A stretch of 35,858 nt of DNA from an uncultured bacterium (lineage in GTDB: Bacteria; Krumholzibacteriota; Krumholzibacteriia; Krumholzibacteriales; Krumholzibacteriaceae), in the NCBI GenBank assembly GCA_965371515.1, contig CBDUYR010000026.1, positions 1 through 35,858 on the forward strand, written 5' to 3'. The notes beneath the pieces were generated by a model. The model saw only the letters and a program-made list of their open reading frames with translations, did not search any database and was not told where the DNA came from. Position numbers and translations under genes: made by a program. Shown piece after piece: positions 28,816-35,858 of this stretch; positions within the stretch are counted from its first letter, which is position 1, and every line of letters begins with the position of its first letter.

Positions 28816-29739
28816 TCAGAACGAGAAAAGAAGTTCGATTATCGATTCATATCCGCGGAACCTGTTCCTGGCAACAAACTGGGCGTATCCGCGCCATTTC
28901 AGCGCCACTCCCCTGTCCGGCACTATCAGCGCGATCTCGGGGCCGGCTGCCATAACACTGCTCTTCTCACCCTCATCCTCCGGCAGCACGCCACTGCCCG
29001 AGATATCGGTAACCTGCCAGACGCCGTACCCGACCGCTCCGATATCCAGCATCTCCCACAGCCGTTTCCCGAGCGCGGCCTCCACGATCATATTGTCGCC
29101 CGGCTTGAGGTCTCTGTCTACGATCTTCGAGTTTATCTCGTATCTCGCGATCAGCGTGCCCGACCACGTGCTGTCCATTCCCGCGTATCCGGTTCCTCCC
29201 AGCGAGAAGAGGTGGCTCCAGTGCCCCTTTCCCACATTGTCGACAGCGTCCTCATCGTATCTGCCGAGCGGAACGAAGAAGCTGTATTTAAACATCCAGC
29301 GGACGAAGCTCGATTCCCAGCCGAGTATAAGCGGCGCAACCTCGGGATCGCCTACGCCCACCGGTCCCTCCTGGATATCAGGGTTCGTTACATTATAGTC
29401 CGCCTCGGCGAGGAAAAAGTTGAACGCGAACCCGTAATTACCGCCGAGAAAACGCCCCCCGGTGAGGAACTGGTATTCGGCGGTCTGGAAGAAAACGTCG
29501 AGGTTTCCTTTGACGTCGATCTCGCTACCGTCATCCCGGACGTACTTCGATGAGTAATACAATCCAGTCAGCGTCTTGACTCTGTGCTCCTTCACCTGCG
29601 ACAGGGCCGCCGAATTCATTCCGCTGCTCCCGGCGAGGTAATGCCCCGAGGACTGCGCCCGGGCCGCACCGGTTGCGGCGAGCAGAACGGCGAGCGCGCA
29701 TGCCGTCGCCCTTAAGACATGTTTTAGATCATCTGTCAT
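28816..29739 (-). CDS. Outer-membrane beta-barrel of the phenol-degradation MetA / SphA (COG4313) type
   Basis: Signal peptide (ARA), HY..G..G start, GVGD...PLILGW, PLGRYD....NVGKGHW, amphipathic strands and C-terminal Phe. Confidence 0.75.
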   Translation of the reverse strand: MTDDLKHVLRATACALAVLLAATGAARAQSSGHYLAGSSGMNSAALSQVKEHRVKTLTGLYYSSKYVRDDGSEIDVKGNLDVFFQTAEYQFLTGGRFLGGNYGFAFNFFLAEADYNVTNPDIQEGPVGVGDPEVAPLILGWESSFVRWMFKYSFFVPLGRYDEDAVDNVGKGHWSHLFSLGGTGYAGMDSTWSGTLIARYEINSKIVDRDLKPGDNMIVEAALGKRLWEMLDIGAVGYGVWQVTDISGSGVLPEDEGEKSSVMAAGPEIALIVPDRGVALKWRGYAQFVARNRFRGYESIIELLFSF

Positions 29740-29784
29740 ATTCCCGTTATCCTTTTCGATAGAATCCGACGGACCGTTCTTATG

Positions 29785-29812
29785 ATTATATCCAGTAACA
29801 ATCTCCGGTAAA
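29785..29812 (-). promoter_or_regulatory. Putative sigma70 promoter for the channel-kinase-nuclease genes
   Basis: TTTACC-16 bp-TATAAT, lying between the upstream terminator and ATG 29739. Confidence 0.55.
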
Positions 29813-29827
29813 GGAAAATCAGGATAC

Positions 29828-29858
29828 AAAAAAGGCCGCGTTATGGATAAACGCGGCC
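29828..29858 (-). terminator. Rho-independent terminator after the DUF4136 gene
   Basis: Minus strand GGCCGCGTT-7 nt loop-AACGCGGCC followed by TTTTTT. Confidence 0.85.
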
Positions 29859-29885
29859 CTCGAGTTTCTCCATATCCCTGCCGGT

Positions 29886-30434
29886 CTACTGAGGCGGGAA
29901 TTTAGCGAGAAGCTGGTCAACGGCTTTCTGGATATTCGCGTCGGCCTTTTCAGGGTTGACTTCACCCGAGAGAGCCTTCTGGGCGGTGCCTCTCCACATG
30001 ATGTTCTTCGTATCGTAGTCGATGAAATCGATTATCAGCGTCGCTTCGGTGTACTGATGGACGTCGACCGACTCGCCCCAGGGCCCCCAGTACGGCCCGT
30101 AGGTGTAACCCCAGTTCGTCACGTTGATCTTGTCCTGCACCCCGGTGTGATATACGACGACGAAATCGGGTTCCGATGTATCGATCGAGTATCCCTTGGC
30201 TTCGAGGTTACTGTTGACGGCATTCTTGAGCCTGTTCGTAAAGAGGCTGTTATCCTCTTGGGCCCGAATGACATTGCCGCCGACACCAGTATTGTTTTCA
30301 CGCGGCATCCAGGCAAATGTCTGAAGTCTTGAAAAATCCGCCTGGTTGTCGTAATCGAAGGTCGTGTTGACCGAGGAACATCCCGACGCCACCAGGACCG
30401 CCATGCCGAGCAGAATGACTACCGTCCTTTTCAC
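29886..30434 (-). CDS. DUF4136-family lipoprotein
   Basis: GTG 30434 with GGGAGG SD, lipobox ASGC, DYD..ADFS..QTFAW, L..KGY......PDF.V.Y and YTEATLIIDFID......WRG motifs. Confidence 0.85.
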   Translation of the reverse strand: MKRTVVILLGMAVLVASGCSSVNTTFDYDNQADFSRLQTFAWMPRENNTGVGGNVIRAQEDNSLFTNRLKNAVNSNLEAKGYSIDTSEPDFVVVYHTGVQDKINVTNWGYTYGPYWGPWGESVDVHQYTEATLIIDFIDYDTKNIMWRGTAQKALSGEVNPEKADANIQKAVDQLLAKFPPQ

Positions 30435-30545
30435 TTCTGCACCTCCCGCAGATAATGTCCAGTCCATCCCGGCACCCCTTTGCCGCAGTATATCCACGGA
30501 AATAGGAGCCCGGTGATGTTCTATCTGAATATCATTGTTATTAGT

Positions 30546-30574
30546 AACTTATTATTATAGAAATAGGGTGTCAA
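30546..30574 (-). promoter_or_regulatory. Putative sigma70 promoter for the DUF4136 gene in an AT-rich divergent region
   Basis: TTGACA (30569-30574)-17 bp-TAAGTT (30546-30551). Confidence 0.6.
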
Positions 30575-30615
30575 TGTATATCCAAGGATGACCGGATTTA
30601 ACAGGGCCGTAGAAG

Positions 30616-31467
30616 ATGAAGAGACTGCCGATATACGTATTCGTGCTCGCGCTCATGGCCTTGTCGTGCGGCTCGATCAACAATTACCTCGATCCCGAGG
30701 GGCCGAGACTCGAAGGGGACTACACCTGCAGCGATCCTCAGGAGACCGCCCCCGACACGGTCAAGGTCATCTCCTACAACGTCAAGTTCGGCAAGAAGGT
30801 ATCCACGGCGATCGATGAGCTCAGGACGGTCCCCTACCTGAGACTTGCCGATATCATACTTCTCCAGGAGATGGACGGCGAGGGAGTCCGGATCATCGCC
30901 GACAGTCTCGACCTCGAATACGTCTACTACCCCGCGTCCGTTCACAAGGCTCACGGCAGGGACTTCGGAAACGCCGTCCTCTCGAGATGGCCGATCGAGA
31001 ATTTCAGAAAGATCATCCTTCCGCACTCGAAGCCTACCGACGACCAGAGGAGGATCGCCGTAGGCGCCACCGTCGTCGCGTGCAACCTGAGGATCAGGGT
31101 GTTCAGCGTCCACACAGAGACATTCTGGATGAACTATGACAAAAGGCTCGAGCAGGCCGACTCGCTCGTGCGCGCTGTCTCTAAGGACTACTCGCACATC
31201 ATCATCGCGGGGGATTTCAACACTCCCTTCGGGAGAAACGTGAAGGATATCGAAAAGTCTTTCGCCGCTCACGGATTCGTCAGAGCGAATTCGGGGGTGG
31301 GCTGGACGGCGAGGGTCCTGCCGTTCGGGCTGTGGAAGATGGAGCTGGATCATATCTTCACGAAAGGTTTCGAAGTGATCGCCGCGGGCAAGTTCGAGGA
31401 AGGGCAGGCAAGCGATCATGTCCCGCTCTGGACGATCCTGAGAACCCTACCCGTAGATTCGCTGTAG
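30616..31467 (+). CDS. Endonuclease/exonuclease/phosphatase (EEP) family lipoprotein
   Basis: Lipobox ALSC and the complete catalytic motif set SYNV, LLQE, GNAVLSRWP, SVH, AGDFN, LDHIF, SDHVP. Confidence 0.9.
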   Translation: MKRLPIYVFVLALMALSCGSINNYLDPEGPRLEGDYTCSDPQETAPDTVKVISYNVKFGKKVSTAIDELRTVPYLRLADIILLQEMDGEGVRIIADSLDLEYVYYPASVHKAHGRDFGNAVLSRWPIENFRKIILPHSKPTDDQRRIAVGATVVACNLRIRVFSVHTETFWMNYDKRLEQADSLVRAVSKDYSHIIIAGDFNTPFGRNVKDIEKSFAAHGFVRANSGVGWTARVLPFGLWKMELDHIFTKGFEVIAAGKFEEGQASDHVPLWTILRTLPVDSL

Positions 31468-31474
31468 AACGATC

Positions 31475-32776
31475 CTACCTGACTCTCTCCCTTTGCCGTT
31501 TGGCTTTTTCGCCCGTGGCGAGATGGAAGATCATCCACGGATCGCCGTCTCCGTATCCGAAATCGCACCTCACAAGGCCTACATAAGGGACTATGAGCCG
31601 GAACCCGGCTCCACCACCCCAGAGCATATTGGGGCTGAACTCAGCCCTCGTATTCCATGCGGAACCGAAGTCGGTGAATAAGGCGAGCTGCATCCCGATC
31701 GAGGCGGTGACCCCGAAGAATGCGAACGGCCTCGGCTGCATGAAGTTCCAGCGGTATTCGATCGTACTGATGAACTGGTTCTTGCCGATCTTCGTACCGA
31801 CGTCATAGCCCCGGATCGTATTGCTCCCCCCGAGGCCGTATGTCTGCCAGTCGGCCACCTCGGCGCCGACCTTTCCGCTTGTGGCAGTGTAGAGAGAGAA
31901 CAGGCCGAGGGTGTGGTCACGCCCCAGGGGATGGAAACGCCTCAGATCGAAGTTGCCCTGCAAGAAATCGCTGTCTGTGCTGAACAGTCCCGACTTGACG
32001 ACATCTATGCTGGACCACCAGCCCTCGTGCGGATTCGAATGGAAGTCCCTGCTGTCATACGCGACTATCAATCTCCCGTAGATGACGTGATCGATGTTGT
32101 CCGGGGTAAGGGTCTTCCCGTCGCGGTCGCTCTGGATCCCCTGATAGAACATCTGCGCTCCCACCCTGCCGTGTTCCCCGACGTAGCCCCTTCCCAGCAG
32201 ATAGGCCTCATTGGCGGTCTCGTGGAATCCGTGGATCACATTGTCCCTGTTGCGGTGATAGTATTCCGCGGTATATCCGATGTGGTTCCCCATCACCCAC
32301 GGATCGGTCAGTTCGAGCTCCACGGTGAGCTCCCCCCCGAACCTGGCGACCCCGGAGAAATAGATCGCCTGCCCGAGCAGGTTGACCGACTTGAACCCGC
32401 CGCCGATCGACAGGCCGTTCTCGTCGCTGATGGCAAGGCTTACGACAGGCATGTAGGCAAAGGTCTCCTTCACCTCGATAAAGACGACCAGGCCGCCGTC
32501 ATCGAGGGCGGTGTATATCTTTACTTCGCTGAAGATCTGCAGGCGGTCGAGCCGCTCGTAATCCGTCTTCTCGCTTTCCTTCGTGAACGGTTCGCCGACC
32601 TTCGTGGCAAGCTCGCGCTCGACGATGTACGGCTTCGTAGTCTTGAGGCCGATGATCCTGATGTCGTTCACGATCTGTCCGTAGACGTGGGAATCGTCCG
32701 CCTGGGCGATGAGTGATGAAGCAGAGCACAGCAGGATGAGAACCGCAGAAAGGTGCGCTACAGCCGATTTGCTCAA
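31475..32776 (-). CDS. Omp85 (BamA/TamA superfamily) protein with a single POTRA domain
   Basis: Signal peptide, POTRA (I.IIGLKTTK.YIVEREL..KVGE....DYERL.RLQIF...VKE), barrel with NLLG, YDSRD...PHEG, LGG.NTIRGY (loop 6), EYR, F.D.G.AW and G.GFR. Confidence 0.88.
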   Translation of the reverse strand: MSKSAVAHLSAVLILLCSASSLIAQADDSHVYGQIVNDIRIIGLKTTKPYIVERELATKVGEPFTKESEKTDYERLDRLQIFSEVKIYTALDDGGLVVFIEVKETFAYMPVVSLAISDENGLSIGGGFKSVNLLGQAIYFSGVARFGGELTVELELTDPWVMGNHIGYTAEYYHRNRDNVIHGFHETANEAYLLGRGYVGEHGRVGAQMFYQGIQSDRDGKTLTPDNIDHVIYGRLIVAYDSRDFHSNPHEGWWSSIDVVKSGLFSTDSDFLQGNFDLRRFHPLGRDHTLGLFSLYTATSGKVGAEVADWQTYGLGGSNTIRGYDVGTKIGKNQFISTIEYRWNFMQPRPFAFFGVTASIGMQLALFTDFGSAWNTRAEFSPNMLWGGGAGFRLIVPYVGLVRCDFGYGDGDPWMIFHLATGEKAKRQRERVR

Positions 32777-32792
32777 CAGATGCCTTCCCGCG

Positions 32793-35700
32793 CTAAAGCG
32801 CCAGCTTGATGTACCTGCTGAATTTATACTTGAACCCCTTGTAGGGCGGCATCAGTTCGTCGAGAGTCTCCAGGTCATCGATCCAGGTCGACACGAGCAT
32901 CAGTTCCATCATGTCGAGAAAAGCAACCCCGGCCCTCAACCTGGAAGTGACAAGCAGGACCTCACCGTCCATGATCTTTCCCCGGTAGTCCTGGTTCTGT
33001 GAACCTACTGTGAGGAACATCGCGAGCCGCTCCTTGTCTTCGGCACTTATCGTCTCCACCCATTCCCGCACGAGTCGGCGGGTCCTGCGTGAAAGCTCTT
33101 CCCGGAGTTCCTTGACACTTATATATCTGTCCTCGTGAGCGGTCTGCTTTGCCCTGGCGATAATATAGTCCCTGAAGAGAGGGCCCCACCCTTCAAGGGG
33201 CATGAGGGTCCTGTTCACCGCTTCAGTGGAAAAGAACTGCGCCTTGAGGTGGATCTTCGGCTTCCTGGCGACGGCATCAGCGGTAAGATGGGTCGACCTG
33301 TATTCTTCCTCCCTCAGGATATCGATTGCTTCCTCCATATATCCCCTTACCGACTCGTGCGAGGGAAATACCTCGTCGATCCAGTCGTATTCATCCATAT
33401 GCCTGAGCATTGCCTCTGTACGTCCGATCTGGTCCTGGACGTCGCCATCGTAGTTGTACACGCCGACCCTGAACCGTCCTCCCACATACTCGAGTTCTTC
33501 ACTGAACTCGCTCTTCAGGAGGATAAACCGCGTGAAGAGCTCGTTCGCCCTTGCCATCTGCGGAAGGCCGTCGCTGGGCGCGTTGGCGAGCGAAGGCGCG
33601 ATGACATGGATCCTGCATCCCCTCATCGCCGAGCCGAAGAGCATCGATCCCCAGAATGTGCTGTTCCAGAGAGAATCGGGGATCAGCATGAACGAACCGG
33701 AGGGCATCAGGTTGTACAATACCCCCTTGACCACATTGTCCCATTTCTGTCCGAAACCGGTACGATTGTGAAGCTGCATGGAGGTTCCGGTCCATCCCTT
33801 CTCCACGAGCATTTCAACCTTTTCGTCATAATCATCGGGCTTCGCCAGGGGTCGAAGGGGCGCGGGGATCTCATCGTCCCTGAATCCCTGGGAGAGCAGA
33901 AGTAACCGTGCCTCCGTCTTCAGACCGAGGACGGCGGGGCCCCTGGCAAGGATCGCCCTGTCGTCCCACGTGGCGCCGGCGTAATGCTCACCCACACCCA
34001 TCCCCGTGAACATCCCCTCACCCCTGCCGGGATCGAGTTCGGTCAGGTCGTAAAAGCTTATCTTCCGGTGGTCCCTGAAAAGTATGTCTGGAACGAACCA
34101 GAGGTACTTGAACATGTTGGAGCTTCTGAACGAGAAATCGGCGGGATTGGTGATATTGATGTGTACCTTTACCAGATTCTTCAGCCACTTCTCGCCGTAC
34201 TCCTCGCAGCCCGCGCTCAGGGCCTCGGACGAATCGACGGCGGCCCGGAGCTCTGCCTGGAGGCTCAGTATGTTCTCTTCCCACTCCTCGAACCCCTTGG
34301 GAAGATCGATCTTCCTGTCGAGAGGATCCTCGAGGAATTCCAGCCAGAACCTCCCGTTTCCAGCCTCGAAGTAGAACTGGTCGAGCATGACCATGAAAAC
34401 GGGCATCTTTCCAGTCTGATCGTACTTGCGCACATTGTTGATGATCGCCTTGAGGTAACCGCCCGTCGACATCCTGTAACCGACCAGATCAGGATCGCCG
34501 AGATTGTTCGTCCCCCTGTAGTCGTGGATCCAGAGGACATGATAATCCTCAGCCACATGGATCATCCTGCCCAGCTCCCACTGGAACTGTTCGTTGATAA
34601 CGTAGTGGATGTCGTTTCCAGTTGTGAATTCCTTGCCGACCGCCCTCTCTACGATCGCGTTCAGCTCATCCTGCGTGTCGTGCTGGTCCGTATCAAACGC
34701 ATAGTGAAGTGGCAGCCAGACGAGCCTCGAATCCTGCCAGTCATCCTTGAGTTCCTCACGGTTCATCTCCACGATGTCGATCAGTTTTGCGAAAAGATAG
34801 TTCAATGCCTCGTACTCATCGGCATTGACAGAGATATCGGATTGTATCCCCTCAGCAAACTTCTTCTTCGCCTCGACGGCCAGACCGAGGATCGTCTCTT
34901 CCTTCTTCCTCTGCCCCAGCAGCCTGTTGTACGGGAAGAGTATCTCGTCGAGGAGCACTTCTCTCGCCAGATCGGCCGTCCTCGCACCGAGCTGCCTGTC
35001 GCCCCCTGATGCGAGCAGGAAGGCCCCTTCGAGGTGAATATGGTAAGCGTTCACAACCGCATTGAACGTGTATCCCTCCGGATGAAATTCGTCGGTCTTG
35101 TGGAAGGCCTCTTTAAACTCGATGACGCCGCCCGCGATCTTCTCGAGATCATCTTCTTTATCCAGGGAGAATTCCTCGTCGGAGAAGAAGGTCGTGTACG
35201 TCTGAATATGGAAAGCCGATTCCTCGAGTTGCGATATGACTGCATCAAGATCGCCGGAAGGCTCGAACTCCGGATCCTTGCTTTTACTCCTTCTCGGAAG
35301 TGTCACGTGAGCGTGCTTCGGCCGCGTCTTGCCCTTGTAAGGCTGTCCTATCGGCACGTTGAGCCCGAAATTAATTGTATTCCCGCGCCCGGGGAGCCAG
35401 TCTATCCGGATGTCCCCTCCGAGACCGAAGAGCCCTCCGCGCCTTATCGGGAACTGGAACGACCAGATGGAGCTCCAGTGGTCATCTGTGATCGAGTAGT
35501 CCGCTCCACCGGCGAACATGAAGAATTTCAGCGCCCCCATCGCTCTCAGGCCCGCGCGTGAATCGCCGCCCGCCTGACCGCCGTACGCCTCGAAAAAAGC
35601 TCCGAATATGCCCAGGTTCGGATTGAGGAGATCCCTGTATACAGAGAGGTTCAGCTCCATTCCATTCTGGTTTTCCGCCCCCGACTTGTCGAGGACATAT

Positions 35701-35855
35701 GTCACTCCCAGTCTCGGCATCCATTTTTTCGGGAAGCTCATCGACTTGACCATCTCGCCCTCAGCGGGAATCTTCACCGTCTCTGCAAACGAAAGACCGG
35801 TCAGGGCGGCAAGGACAAGGCTACCCGTTACTGCTGTAATGAATCGGGTTCGCAT
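32793..35855 (-). CDS. Large exported phospholipase D-superfamily protein with predicted N-terminal beta-barrel
   Basis: Signal peptide ending SFA, amphipathic beta strands at about aa 45-170, HRKISFYD (HxKxxxxD, H596), a second HLK (H869) and a distal GSQN (aa 951). Cardiolipin-synthase-like segments include AMRGCRIHVIAP. The ORF itself is solid; the function is inferred. Confidence 0.7.
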   Translation of the reverse strand: MRTRFITAVTGSLVLAALTGLSFAETVKIPAEGEMVKSMSFPKKWMPRLGVTYVLDKSGAENQNGMELNLSVYRDLLNPNLGIFGAFFEAYGGQAGGDSRAGLRAMGALKFFMFAGGADYSITDDHWSSIWSFQFPIRRGGLFGLGGDIRIDWLPGRGNTINFGLNVPIGQPYKGKTRPKHAHVTLPRRSKSKDPEFEPSGDLDAVISQLEESAFHIQTYTTFFSDEEFSLDKEDDLEKIAGGVIEFKEAFHKTDEFHPEGYTFNAVVNAYHIHLEGAFLLASGGDRQLGARTADLAREVLLDEILFPYNRLLGQRKKEETILGLAVEAKKKFAEGIQSDISVNADEYEALNYLFAKLIDIVEMNREELKDDWQDSRLVWLPLHYAFDTDQHDTQDELNAIVERAVGKEFTTGNDIHYVINEQFQWELGRMIHVAEDYHVLWIHDYRGTNNLGDPDLVGYRMSTGGYLKAIINNVRKYDQTGKMPVFMVMLDQFYFEAGNGRFWLEFLEDPLDRKIDLPKGFEEWEENILSLQAELRAAVDSSEALSAGCEEYGEKWLKNLVKVHINITNPADFSFRSSNMFKYLWFVPDILFRDHRKISFYDLTELDPGRGEGMFTGMGVGEHYAGATWDDRAILARGPAVLGLKTEARLLLLSQGFRDDEIPAPLRPLAKPDDYDEKVEMLVEKGWTGTSMQLHNRTGFGQKWDNVVKGVLYNLMPSGSFMLIPDSLWNSTFWGSMLFGSAMRGCRIHVIAPSLANAPSDGLPQMARANELFTRFILLKSEFSEELEYVGGRFRVGVYNYDGDVQDQIGRTEAMLRHMDEYDWIDEVFPSHESVRGYMEEAIDILREEEYRSTHLTADAVARKPKIHLKAQFFSTEAVNRTLMPLEGWGPLFRDYIIARAKQTAHEDRYISVKELREELSRRTRRLVREWVETISAEDKERLAMFLTVGSQNQDYRGKIMDGEVLLVTSRLRAGVAFLDMMELMLVSTWIDDLETLDELMPPYKGFKYKFSRYIKLAL

Positions 35856-35858
35856 TCC

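Noticed and set aside
25631..35855. Anti-phage defence island or mobile element (GIY-YIG-like, PLD, EEP, and sirtuin nearby)
   Set aside because: The PLD and EEP proteins have export signals, the sirtuin is a canonical CobB, and there is no integrase, transposase, att site or evident compositional shift.

Overview
GC-rich, gene-dense bacterial chromosomal segment from a diderm organism (Omp85 protein, outer-membrane channel, lipoproteins). A Latescibacterota/Krumholzibacteriota-like lineage is only my guess. About 32 apparently intact CDS, mostly on the minus strand. I found no rRNA, tRNA, CRISPR array or mobile element. Bases 1-13.4 kb form a housekeeping string, in transcription order: yip1-like, EF-G2, yebC, ruvC, ruvA, ruvB, queA, tgt, yajC, def, fmt, PASTA protein, rpe, ffh, rpsP. 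rpsP is missing from the ORF track and carries a long tandem-repeat tail. Bases 13.5-26 kb hold envelope and miscellaneous genes: PDZ protein, GT4 and GT2 glycosyltransferases, a beta-propeller, an M61-like peptidase, cobB, a Wzz-like protein, an AhpD-like protein, tyrS and a class IV aminotransferase. Bases 25.6-35.9 kb form an accessory envelope block: DUF123 nuclease, PAS hybrid kinase, MetA/SphA-type channel, DUF4136 lipoprotein, EEP lipoprotein, a single-POTRA Omp85, and a 1020-aa exported protein that appears to fuse an N-terminal beta-barrel to a divergent phospholipase D (HKD) module. The PLD-barrel/Omp85/EEP module is the best candidate for an undescribed system. Regulatory oddities include a hairpin-split ribosome-binding site, a leaderless cobB and a sigma54-like promoter. 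All calls come from motif recognition by eye; no searches were run.
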